From Actinoplanes sp. (GTDB lineage Bacteria; Actinomycetota; Actinomycetes; Mycobacteriales; Micromonosporaceae), in NCBI GenBank assembly GCA_035687165.1, contig DASRYP010000355.1, positions 1 to 35,181 of the forward strand: 35,181 nt of DNA. Reading direction: 5' to 3'. Both the position numbers and the translations under genes were made by a program. This document shows positions 18,909 to 27,316 of the stretch, one piece after another. Below the pieces are notes generated by a model that worked only from the letters and a program-made list of their open reading frames with translations, had not been told where the DNA came from and ran no database searches. Every line of letters starts with the position of its first letter. The first letter of the stretch is position 1.

Positions 18909-20342
18909 TCACCCGAGCGAGTGCATGACGTGCTTGAGCCGCGTGTAGTCCTCAAGCCCGTAGACGGAGAGGTCCTTGCCGTGCCCCGAGTGCTTGAACC
19001 CGCCGTGGGGCATCTCCGCGACCAGCGGGATGTGGCAGTTGACCCAGACGCAGCCGAAGTCGAGCCGTTGTGTCATCCGCATCGCGCGGCCGTGGTCTTT
19101 CGTCCAGACCGAAGAAGCCAAACCGTATTCGACCCCGTTGGCCCAGGCGACGGCCTCGTCCTCGTCCGTGAACTGCTGGACGGTGATGAGCGGACCGAAA
19201 ACCTCGTCCTGGATCAGCTCGTCGCTCTGCCGCAGCCCCGAGACGACCGTCGGCGAGTAGAAGTAGCCCCGGTCGCCGACCCGCGCGCCTCCCGCGTCCA
19301 GCGACGCGTGGTCCGGCAGCCGGTCGACGAACCCCGCCACCCGCTCGAGCTGGCGTGAGTTGTTCAGCGGCCCGTAGAGCACCTCCTCGTCATCCGCCGC
19401 GCCTGTCTTGGTTCCCTTGGCCGCCTCGGTCAGCGCCGCCACGAAGTCCGAGTAGACCCTCGGCGAGGCCAGCACCCGGGTCGCCGCCGTGCAGTCCTGG
19501 CCCGCGTTGAAGTAGCCGGCCTCGGCGATCGCCGCCGCCGCCGCTTCGATGTCCGCGTCGTCGAAGATCACCACCGGGGCCTTGCCGCCCAGCTCCAGGT
19601 GGGTGCGTTTCAGGTCGGCCGACGCGGCCTCGGCCACCTCCCTGCCGGCCCGCACCGAGCCCGTGATCGACACCATCTGCGGCGTCTTGTGGCTGACCAG
19701 CCGGCGGCCGGTGTCACGGTCACCCACCACCACGTTCAGCACGCCCGGCGGCAGGAACTCGGCGGCGATCTCGGCCAGCATGACCGTGGTGACCGGGGTG
19801 GTGTCGGACGGTTTCAGCACGACCGTGTTGCCGGCCGCGATCGCCGGGGCGAGCTTCCAGACGGCCATCATCAGCGGATAGTTCCACGGCGTGACCTGCG
19901 CGCACACGCCGATCGGCTCGCGCCGCACGTAGCTTTCGAAGCCGGCCAGGTATTGCCCGGCCGAACGGCCCTCCAGCAGCCGCGCCGCGCCCGCGAAGAA
20001 GCGGAGCTGGTCGATCGCCGGAGGCAGTTCCTCGCTGGCGGTCAGGCCGAGCGGCTTGCCGGTGTTCTGTGACTCGGCCTGGACCAGGTCGCCGGCCCGC
20101 GCCTCGACCGCGTCGGCGAACTTGAGCAGGGCCCGCTGGCGTTCGCCGGGGGTGGTGTCGCGCCACTTCTCGAACGCCGAGGCGGCGGCCTGCATCGCGC
20201 GGTCGACGTCGGCCTCGCCCGAGACGGGGGCCGACGCGAACACCTCGCCGGTGGCCGGGTCGATCAGGTCGTCGTATCGGCCCTCGGCGGGCGCGGCCGG
20301 GGCGCCGCCGATGAAGTTGTGCAGCACGGTCTTGGCGGTCAC
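18909..20342 (-). CDS. Gamma-aminobutyraldehyde dehydrogenase (ALDH family)
   Basis: [31 protein letters not shown] and [14 protein letters not shown] 20342 has a TGGAG RBS. Confidence 0.92.
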   Translation of the reverse strand: MTAKTVLHNFIGGAPAAPAEGRYDDLIDPATGEVFASAPVSGEADVDRAMQAAASAFEKWRDTTPGERQRALLKFADAVEARAGDLVQAESQNTGKPLGLTASEELPPAIDQLRFFAGAARLLEGRSAGQYLAGFESYVRREPIGVCAQVTPWNYPLMMAVWKLAPAIAAGNTVVLKPSDTTPVTTVMLAEIAAEFLPPGVLNVVVGDRDTGRRLVSHKTPQMVSITGSVRAGREVAEAASADLKRTHLELGGKAPVVIFDDADIEAAAAAIAEAGYFNAGQDCTAATRVLASPRVYSDFVAALTEAAKGTKTGAADDEEVLYGPLNNSRQLERVAGFVDRLPDHASLDAGGARVGDRGYFYSPTVVSGLRQSDELIQDEVFGPLITVQQFTDEDEAVAWANGVEYGLASSVWTKDHGRAMRMTQRLDFGCVWVNCHIPLVAEMPHGGFKHSGHGKDLSVYGLEDYTRLKHVMHSLG

Positions 20343-20438
20343 ACGATCTCCAGACGCAGGATCTCCACTGTTTGGCAGCCATCCTCCCACCGATTCCGCA
20401 GCTGACAAGAGGTCTGAATGACGTCTTCCGTCTTCGCC

Positions 20439-20464
20439 CTCAGTCCCATCGGGGCCTGGCCGAA
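20439..20464 (+). promoter_or_regulatory. FliA-family (sigma28) promoter, exact CTCA-N16-GCCGAA
   Basis: ctca-gtcccatcggggcctg-gccgaa is intergenic and points toward the secreted-protein gene. Confidence 0.7.
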
Positions 20465-20609
20465 CCGGAGGGAGTGGAGCCGCGAGCAGGCCCGGCCGTT
20501 CCGCCGGCGGCATTTTCACGGTTGTTCTCCCCGATGCGCCCGAATGACGTGCGCCCTTCGCCGATCATGATCGTTGGTCCGTGGAAAACCCGCAGCTCAG
20601 GAGTCTGAC

Positions 20610-21143
20610 ATGAACGTGTTCTTCCGTCTCGTGGTCACCGGCGCGGCTCTCGCCGCCGCCGTCGGGACCGCCGCACCGGCCGCCGCGTCGGTCACCTACG
20701 ACCCCAAGACGATGAAGGGGTACGCCGCCGCCGGTGACGTGCGGAAAGCCTTCAAATGGAGCGAGGCGACCCTGAATCAGAGGGCGCCGAAGCTCGTCTT
20801 CAACCACGACTTCTGGACGGACGACAACTACACGGTCACCTGCGGGAAACGTGTCTTTCCGACCTCCCACCATCGGGAGTTCGGGCGTTTCGAGCTGCGG
20901 CACGCCGTCGTCAAGGACAAGCAGCGCGGCGCTCCGAAAGGCTACGGCGGGAAGCTGCTCGGCGTCTGGATCACCGGTCCCAGCATGGGTATCTCGGGCA
21001 CCTCGATGGGCCCGGCGGTGGGCCAGCCCTGTGCGGACGGCGAGCCGGGGACGACCACTGCCGTCAAGCTGCTGTCGACGAAGGTCGGCTGGGCCCTGAG
21101 CGTCACCTCGGGCAACGACTACCGGCAGCTGGTGATCGGTTAG
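20610..21143 (+). CDS. Secreted hypothetical protein (177 aa)
   Basis: AGGAG RBS, a signal peptide ending APAAA and two Cys. Confidence 0.8.
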   Translation: MNVFFRLVVTGAALAAAVGTAAPAAASVTYDPKTMKGYAAAGDVRKAFKWSEATLNQRAPKLVFNHDFWTDDNYTVTCGKRVFPTSHHREFGRFELRHAVVKDKQRGAPKGYGGKLLGVWITGPSMGISGTSMGPAVGQPCADGEPGTTTAVKLLSTKVGWALSVTSGNDYRQLVIG

Positions 21144-21200
21144 GCGTCGTGGCGGTCCAGGTTGTCGGGCATCAGCGCCGGAAATAGGTGACGGACGGAC

Positions 21201-21229
21201 GGGCCGCCCGGCCGATCGCCGGGCGGCCC
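21201..21229. terminator. 12-bp-stem hairpin between convergent genes
   Basis: gggccgcccggc-cgatc-gccgggcggccc. Confidence 0.7.
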
Positions 21230-21319
21230 ACCGGAATCCGGCCCAGCTCCGGGCGGTCCGCTCGTCGTTTGTCGTAAGAAGCACATGCCCCGGACCACCG
21301 CCTCGGGCGGCAGCGAACC

Positions 21320-21660
21320 TCATTCCGGGACGGTGCGGATCGCTTCGGCCATGACCTGGGACGTGACTGCCCGGAGATGCTCGAGGTTTATGTCTTCGGT
21401 GCGAGCGCCAGTCGCGAGGGCCACCACCGCGTCGCCGTCGTAGGCGGTGTGGGCGGGGTGGAGTGCTCGGGCGAAACCGGTGTGGGCGCCCTGGGCGAGC
21501 AGGTTGCAGCCGGCCTTGTCGAGCCTCGCGTCGGTGAGGACCACCGCGATCGTCGTGTTGCCAGTCGAGAACGGCGCGGGGCCCGGCGCGGCGTCTCCGG
21601 GCGCCGGGGCGAACCGCGGTCGGCCGTCGGCGCCGATCACGTCGCCCCAGGACTCGCCAT
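21320..21660 (-). pseudogene. P1/S58 (DmpA-like) peptidase, N-terminal part deleted
   Basis: SWGDVIGADG...GNTTIAVVLTDARL...AHTGFARALHPAHTAYDGDAVVALATG. An out-of-frame ATG at 21660 sits 6 nt after a CAGACT -10-like hexamer. Confidence 0.8.
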
Positions 21661-21694
21661 CGGGCCAGTCTGCACGACGATGTCGGTTCGTAAG

Positions 21695-22108
21695 TCAGTC
21701 GGTGGGGTCGGGGTCCGACTGGCGGCGGAGCTCCTCTTCCCGGCGGCGCAGGTCGGATTCCCACCGCTGCATGAGATGTTGGTCCTCCTTGTGGGAGGCG
21801 GCCAAGCTGCGGAGGAACTCGGGGTCGTCGTCGGGGGCGACCGGGCCACGGCGGGCCGGGCGCTCGTTCTCGGGGAAGCCGGTGCCGGGCCGCCACGTGG
21901 TGCCGTTGCTCAGCCGGACCGGGCGGGCGGGGCGCCCGGCGACGAACCAGACGATCGCGCCGATCGGGGAGAACAGCAGGATGAGCAGGACCCACACGCC
22001 TCGGGGGAGGGCGCGGACGGTGTTCTCCTCGGCGGAGAGGCAATCGATGAGGGCTATCACGATCAGCGCCAGGTCGAGCAGCGCGAAAAGGGAGTAGAAG
22101 CGAATCAC
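21695..22108 (-). CDS. PLDc N-terminal-domain membrane protein
   Basis: ALIDCL...VRALPRGVWVLLILLFSPIGAIVWFVAGRP and APDDDPEFLRSL. Confidence 0.85.
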   Translation of the reverse strand: MIRFYSLFALLDLALIVIALIDCLSAEENTVRALPRGVWVLLILLFSPIGAIVWFVAGRPARPVRLSNGTTWRPGTGFPENERPARRGPVAPDDDPEFLRSLAASHKEDQHLMQRWESDLRRREEELRRQSDPDPTD

Positions 22109-22222
22109 GCGCCAGATGATGTCAAAAGATCACCGATGGTGTTGCCCCGCCTGGTTTCCGGGTTGACCGGGTCGCGCGGCTGCGTCCCTGCCTCCGGTCG
22201 CCGGGGCGAGGGTGCCTGCTGG

Positions 22223-22795
22223 CTACCTGCCGGTGCGGAGGGGCTTGAGGGCGGTGGCGACCTTGGCCAGTTCGTCGAGCACGGCGGTGGCGGCCTTCGT
22301 CATGATCTCGTTGGGGACGAGCCGGCCGTCGTGGATGAGGCTGTGCACGAACGGGATGTTCACCGACTCCGGGATCATGAAGAGCCGGAGCGCGTACGCG
22401 GTGCCCTGCAAGGCCATCGCGGAGCGGGTGCCGGCCGAGACGCCGCCGTAGCTGACCACGCTGGCCGGCTTGTAGGCCCACTCGACGTGCAAGTAGTCGA
22501 GGGCGTTCTTGAAGGCGGCGCCGATCCCGTAGTTGTACTCCGGGATCACGAAGACGATCGCGTCGGCGGCGGCGACCTTCTCACTCCAGCGCTTGGTGTG
22601 GTCGTTCTGGTAGTTCTGCAGCCGCGGGTGGTTCGGCTCGTCCATCAGCGGCAGGTTCTCCTCGGCCAGGTCGGCCACGGTCACCTGGAATCCACCGTGC
22701 GCCTTCGCCGCGTCGACGAACCAGTCGGCGACCTTCGGGCCGACCCGTCCCGGCCGCGTGCTTCCGACGACCACCAGCAGATTGAGCTCGCTCAT
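22223..22795 (-). CDS. NADPH-dependent FMN reductase
   Basis: GSTRPGRVG, PEYNYG, KNALDYL and SYGGVSAG. Confidence 0.93.
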   Translation of the reverse strand: MSELNLLVVVGSTRPGRVGPKVADWFVDAAKAHGGFQVTVADLAEENLPLMDEPNHPRLQNYQNDHTKRWSEKVAAADAIVFVIPEYNYGIGAAFKNALDYLHVEWAYKPASVVSYGGVSAGTRSAMALQGTAYALRLFMIPESVNIPFVHSLIHDGRLVPNEIMTKAATAVLDELAKVATALKPLRTGR

Positions 22796-22823
22796 GGCGC
22801 AGCCCCACTTCCTCGCGTACGGA

Positions 22824-22843
22824 ATATTTGCGCCCGCAAACAT
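22824..22843. promoter_or_regulatory. Inverted repeat, putative operator upstream of the FMN reductase
   Basis: ATATTTGCG-CC-CGCAAACAT, one mismatch, in an AT-rich patch. Confidence 0.5.
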
Positions 22844-22996
22844 ATGCCCCGCAAGATTCGCGTCAACCACTGAAGTCAGAAGCATCACAGCGCTACCCAG
22901 CCTCGGGCGAGGGCGCGGGCGAGGGCGGCCTGGCGGTGGGTGGTGGCGTGGGGCGGTCGGTCGCGCGTGGTGCTGATCATGCAGGAGGATGGGGGC

Positions 22997-23503
22997 ATGT
23001 ATGTGATCAGGGAACGATTCTTCTCGATCGGCGACGACTTCGACGTGCTGGATGAGCACGGGACGAAGGTCTACCACGTGGACGGGAAGGTGCTCAGCGT
23101 TCGCGACAAGGTGAGCATCGAGAGCCCGGGTGGGGAGGAACTCGCCACCGTGCATCGGCATCTGGTGGCGTTGCGGCCCACATATGAGATCCGGATCGGT
23201 GGGGAGAAGGCCGCAGAGGTACGCAAGAAGCTCTTCACGCCGTTCCGGGAGAAGTTCACGATCGACGTGCCGGGGCCGGACGACCTGGAGATGAAGGGGG
23301 ATCTGCTCGACCACGAGTACGTGATCACGCGCGGCGGTGCTGAGGTGGCTTCCGTCTCCAAGCGGTGGCTGACCATCCGGGACACGTACGCTGTGCAGGT
23401 GGCGGAGGGCATCGAGCCGTTGCTGATCGTCGGGAGTGTGTTGGCGCTCGACCTGGCGCTCGATCGGGAGCGGGAGAAGAACCAGAACGACGAGGACAAT
23501 TGA
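22997..23503 (+). CDS. LURP-one-related / scramblase-like protein
   Basis: MYVIRERFFSIGDDF...VDGKVLS...GDLLDHEY...VSKRWLTIRDTYAV. Confidence 0.88.
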   Translation: MYVIRERFFSIGDDFDVLDEHGTKVYHVDGKVLSVRDKVSIESPGGEELATVHRHLVALRPTYEIRIGGEKAAEVRKKLFTPFREKFTIDVPGPDDLEMKGDLLDHEYVITRGGAEVASVSKRWLTIRDTYAVQVAEGIEPLLIVGSVLALDLALDREREKNQNDEDN

Positions 23504-24255
23504 CGTTCTGGGAGATCCTGGCACTGCTCGGCGGTGGGCTGACTGCGGGAGCGGTGAACGCGATCGCGGGGGGCGGGTCGCTCATCACGTTTCCGCTGCT
23601 CGTGGCGATCGGGCTGCCGGGGGTGGCGGCCAACGTGAGCAACGCGCTGTCGGTCGCTCCGGGATACCTGGCGAGTGTGGTGGGCAGCCGGCCGGACCTG
23701 GTCGGGCAGGAACGGCGGATCCGGTCGATCATTCCGACGATCGTGGCGGGGGCGCTGTGCGGGAGTGGGCTGCTGCTGCTCACGCCGCGGTCGGTGTTCG
23801 ACTTCGTGGTGCCGTTCCTGTTGCTGCTCGCGGCGGGGATGATGGCGTTCCAGGGGCGGCTGCGGAGCCTGGCAGGGCATCCGCGGGACAACTCGCCGCG
23901 CAAGTCGTTCCTGTTCGTGCAGCTCGTGGTTTTTCTGTGCGGGCTGTACGGCGGGTACTTCAACGCGGCGATGGGGCTGTTGCTGATCGCGGCGCTCTCG
24001 CTGGTGCTCGACGAGCCGTTGCGGCGGATCGGTGCGCTGAAGAACGTCTTCTCCGCGGTCGTGGGGGTGACGACGGTCGTGACCTACAGCGTGTTCGGGC
24101 CGGTCAACTGGGCGGTCGTGGGGGTGCTCGGGCCGGCCACGGTGGTGGGTGGCTTCGCGGGCGCCAAGATCGCACGACGGCTGCCGTCCGAGGTGCTGCG
24201 CTGGACGATCGTCGGGTTCGCCGTGGTGGTCGCCGTGGTGCTGTTCGTGACGTGA
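23500..24255 (+). CDS. Sulfite exporter TauE/SafE-family membrane protein
   Basis: AGAVNAIAGGGSLITFP and YGGYFNAAMG, multi-TM. The TTG start overlaps the LURP stop. Confidence 0.88.
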   Translation: MTFWEILALLGGGLTAGAVNAIAGGGSLITFPLLVAIGLPGVAANVSNALSVAPGYLASVVGSRPDLVGQERRIRSIIPTIVAGALCGSGLLLLTPRSVFDFVVPFLLLLAAGMMAFQGRLRSLAGHPRDNSPRKSFLFVQLVVFLCGLYGGYFNAAMGLLLIAALSLVLDEPLRRIGALKNVFSAVVGVTTVVTYSVFGPVNWAVVGVLGPATVVGGFAGAKIARRLPSEVLRWTIVGFAVVVAVVLFVT

Positions 24256-24348
24256 GTGCGTCCTGCCGAATTGTCCGGGCGGGCCCGTGCCGCCGCACGC
24301 CAGCCGGGTCGAGAAACCCGAGCCACTGTCGGCGCTCGGGGCCGGGCC

Positions 24349-24385
24349 GGCGGCCGGGTGCGGCCTTGGGTGGCACCCGGCCGCC
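24349..24385. terminator. 13-bp-stem hairpin between convergent genes
   Basis: ggcggccgggtgc-N11-gcacccggccgcc. Confidence 0.6.
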
Positions 24386-24464
24386 CGCAGCGGCGAGGAG
24401 GGCGCTCTTGCGGTTCTGGGCGGCGCTTCCCCGTACTTGCGAGGGCTTGATCTTGGGAAGTGGG

Positions 24465-24563
24465 TTATGCGAACAGTTTGGCCGCGGTGATCAGGGTTTG
24501 GATGATGCCGTAGCCCAGCAGGACTGCGACCAGGAGCCAGGACACCACCAGGCGGGCACTCAT
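24465..24563 (-). CDS. 32-aa single-TM small protein coupled to the MFS gene (small-subunit type)
   Basis: MSARLVVSWLLVAVLLGYGIIQTLITAAKLFA. ATGA overlap with the MFS stop and a strong AAGGAGG RBS inside the MFS 3' end. Confidence 0.8.
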   Translation of the reverse strand: MSARLVVSWLLVAVLLGYGIIQTLITAAKLFA

Positions 24564-25960
24564 GCGGCGGCCTCCTTCCTCTCGAGCGGTGGCGAAGCCG
24601 GTTCGTGATAGTGGTCCGGAACCGGGCGGACCAGCAGGTTCGCAATGAAGCCGAGGATCAGGACGCCGACCATCGTGAAGAGGGCGGGCTGGTAGGCCGC
24701 GGCGGTCAGCGTGCCGGGTTTGCCCTGGGCGTCGAGGAAGCCGTTGATGATCAGTGGGCCGGCCACGCCGGCGGCGGACCAGGCGGTGAGCAGGCGGCCG
24801 TGGATGGCGCCGACCTGGAAGGTGCCGAAGAGGTCTCGCAGGTAGGCCGGGATCGTCGCGAAGCCGCCGCCGTAGAACGACAGGATCACGCCGGCCAGGA
24901 TGACGAAGAGCGGGGTGGCGAGGTCGCCAACCGTGGCCAGCAGCAGGTAGAGGATCACGCCGACGCCCAGGTAGACCATGTAGATGGGCTTGCGGCCGAT
25001 CACGTCGGACGTCGACGACCAGGCGAAGCGGCCGGCCATGTTGAACAGCGAGAGCAAGCCCACGAAACCGCCCGCGGCGGCGACGCTGACGCTGGAGACG
25101 CCGTTGGTGCGGAAGAAGTCCTGGATCATCGGGCTGGCCTGCTCGAGGATGCCGATGCCGGCGGTCACGTTGCAGAAGAGCACGATCCAGAGCAGCCAGA
25201 ACGAGCGCGTCCGGATGGCGTTCGCGGCCGTGACGTTCGCGGTGGTGACCAGGGGCTTCACCTTGACCGAGGCGGGATCCCAGCCGTCCGGGCGCCAGTC
25301 GTCGGCGGGGACGCGCATGTTGGCCACGCCGAACATCATGATGATGAAGTACGCGATGCCGAGCGTGACGAAGAGCCCGACCAGCGCGCCGCCCGAGGCG
25401 ACCGAGGTGGCGACGCTCGAGTCGTAGCCGGAGTCGTAGAAGGACAGCAACTGGCGGGAGGCGGGGCTGGCGATCAAGGCGCCGCCGCCGAAGCCCATGA
25501 TGGCGAGGCCGGTGGCGAGGCCGGGGCGGTCGGGGAACCATTTGATCAGCGTCGAGACCGGCGAGATGTAGCCGATGCCGAGGCCGATGCCGCCCAGCAC
25601 GCCGTAGCCGAGATAGACCAGCCACAGCTGTTCGGTGCTGATGCCCAGCGCGCTGACCAGGAAGCCGGCCGCCCAGAAGCTGGCCGAGACGAACATCGCC
25701 TTGCGCGGGCCGTTGCGCTCGACCCAGGTGCCGCCGATCGCGGCCGACAGGCCGAGCATCACGATGGCGATGCTGAAGATGATGCCGATGGAGGTCTGGC
25801 CGGCGTCGAAGTGCGCGATGAACGAGTTCTTGTAGACGCTGGTCGCGTAGACCTGGCCGATGCAGAGGTGCACCGACAGGGCGGCGGGCGGGATCAGCCA
25901 GCGGCTGAAGCCGGGCGGCGCCACGGAGTGTGAACGGTCGAGACTACTGAGGAGTGACAA
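24560..25960 (-). CDS. MFS transporter, OFA (oxalate/formate antiporter-like) family
   Basis: HLCIGQVYA, GLGIGYISPVSTLIKWFPDRPGLATG and YGGGFATIPAYLRDLFG. The TTG start has an AGGAGG RBS. Confidence 0.92.
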   Translation of the reverse strand: MSLLSSLDRSHSVAPPGFSRWLIPPAALSVHLCIGQVYATSVYKNSFIAHFDAGQTSIGIIFSIAIVMLGLSAAIGGTWVERNGPRKAMFVSASFWAAGFLVSALGISTEQLWLVYLGYGVLGGIGLGIGYISPVSTLIKWFPDRPGLATGLAIMGFGGGALIASPASRQLLSFYDSGYDSSVATSVASGGALVGLFVTLGIAYFIIMMFGVANMRVPADDWRPDGWDPASVKVKPLVTTANVTAANAIRTRSFWLLWIVLFCNVTAGIGILEQASPMIQDFFRTNGVSSVSVAAAGGFVGLLSLFNMAGRFAWSSTSDVIGRKPIYMVYLGVGVILYLLLATVGDLATPLFVILAGVILSFYGGGFATIPAYLRDLFGTFQVGAIHGRLLTAWSAAGVAGPLIINGFLDAQGKPGTLTAAAYQPALFTMVGVLILGFIANLLVRPVPDHYHEPASPPLERKEAAA

Positions 25961-26114
25961 GGAGCGCCTCCTGATCCCGGGGGGAAGATCGACTTTCATC
26001 GTCGACCCTCCGGGGCGGGGTGGCAACCCAATACCATCAGCGCGTCTCGATGCATGGGGTGGCACGCCCGGCTCGGTGGCGGCGATCGTGGCGAATTCAC
26101 CGGATTCAGCGCTC

Positions 26115-26141
26115 GCTTATATAAGCTAGGGATGATAACGT
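26115..26141 (+). promoter_or_regulatory. Palindromic operator GCTTATATAAGC plus -10 TAACGT (leaderless ArsR-family promoter)
   Basis: Perfect 12-bp palindrome at 26115-26126. TAACGT at 26136-26141 lies 6 nt before the GTG. Confidence 0.7.
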
Positions 26142-26147
26142 TCGGCC

Positions 26148-26507
26148 GTGCACGCGTTCGATGTTCTCGGGGATCCCGTGCGGAGGCGGATTCTGGAGCT
26201 GCTCGCCGAGGGGGAGCAGACCTCCGGGGCCGTCACCGACGTGATCCGGGCCGAGTTCGGGATCTCGCAACCGGCCGTGTCGCAGCATCTGCGGGTGTTG
26301 CGGGAGAACGGCTTTGCGACCGTGCGCCCGCAGGGAGCGCGCCGCCTCTACGCGGTCGACGACACCGCGCTGCGTGCGGCCGACGCCTGGCTGGCGAGGT
26401 TTCGGCGGTTCTGGGCTCCCCGGCTGGCCGCTCTGGAGACCGAGGTGGCCCGGGGCAAGCGGCAGCGACGGCTTCAGCAGGAACGAGAAGAGGGGGAAAC
26501 TTCGTGA
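26148..26507 (+). CDS. ArsR/SmtB-family transcriptional regulator
   Basis: FDVLGDPVRRRILELL...ISQPAVSQHLRVLRENG...GARRLY. Confidence 0.92.
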   Translation: MHAFDVLGDPVRRRILELLAEGEQTSGAVTDVIRAEFGISQPAVSQHLRVLRENGFATVRPQGARRLYAVDDTALRAADAWLARFRRFWAPRLAALETEVARGKRQRRLQQEREEGETS

Positions 26508-26686
26508 TTGACGTCGACAGTCAGACGCCCGAGGGGCGGTCGTTCTACCGGCAGTCCAGCGACGCTTGGGTGGCCGCCTCGATCGCCGCGGGCACCGACC
26601 CGGCGGCTGCGCGGGCGGCGGGGGCGCGGACGTACGCGTTCTACACCGGGACCGAAACCCCGGAGGCGAAGACCGAAGCCGAATAA
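26504..26686 (+). pseudogene. SRPBCC/AHA1-family gene with a large in-frame internal deletion (60-aa ORF)
   Basis: The coupled GTG start VIDVDSQ is joined directly to the C-terminal-type TPEGRSFYRQSSDAW...GTDPAAARAAGARTYAFYTG, in the usual position after this ArsR type. Confidence 0.7.
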
Positions 26687-26714
26687 ATAGGGACGAATTG
26701 GATAGGGTGGCCGG

Positions 26715-27200
26715 ATGCGTCGCCCTTCCGTCCTCTTTCTCGCCCTGGTCGCCGCGGTCATCCCGATGTCTGCGAGCGCGGCTCCGGCCGCCCCGGCGCG
26801 CGACGGGCGGGCCGAGCCGGTCGACGTCCAACTCGTCGCCGCGGGCAGCGACTGGTGTCTCACCTCCTACCTGACCGAGCTGCCCTGTGCCCCGACCGGC
26901 CCGTACCGCTGGCGTTTCCGCCCGGTCGGTGGCGGCGCCTTCGAGCTTCTCAGCGTGCGGGCCGACCGGTGCCTGAGCATGCCCGGCGGCACGCGCGTCG
27001 AGGGAGCCCGCGCCGGTCTTGCGTCGTGCGCCGCACTGCCGTCGCGCCGCTGGGAACTCCGGGACTCGGCCGGGGCGACCGCCGAGGTGGTCAACACCCG
27101 CAGCGGCCTGTGCCTGCGGATCGAGAGCGGTGTCGCCGTGCAGGGCTCGTGCACGCGGGGGCCGAGCCGCTGGACCGTGCGGGTCTTGCACAGGTACTGA
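26715..27200 (+). CDS. Secreted ricin-type beta-trefoil lectin-domain protein
   Basis: Signal peptide; three CL...C...W subrepeats with six Cys (WCLT, RCLS, SGLCL). TAGGGT -10 lies 6 nt upstream. Confidence 0.8.
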   Translation: MRRPSVLFLALVAAVIPMSASAAPAAPARDGRAEPVDVQLVAAGSDWCLTSYLTELPCAPTGPYRWRFRPVGGGAFELLSVRADRCLSMPGGTRVEGARAGLASCAALPSRRWELRDSAGATAEVVNTRSGLCLRIESGVAVQGSCTRGPSRWTVRVLHRY

Positions 27201-27316
27201 CCCGCGGCAGGCTTTGCAGCACAGCGCGCGGAATGTCGTGATGCGGATGGATGTCGTGGCGGGGAATCTGCTTGGATGCGATCCCCAGCTTCGATGTCTT
27301 CGCCGAACGGATCGCG

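Noticed and set aside
26023-26032. GCAACCCAAT shared with the MCP upstream region (12964-12973, minus strand)
   Set aside because: A single 10-mer match, oriented differently relative to the nearest gene and with no second half-site. Chance is plausible.
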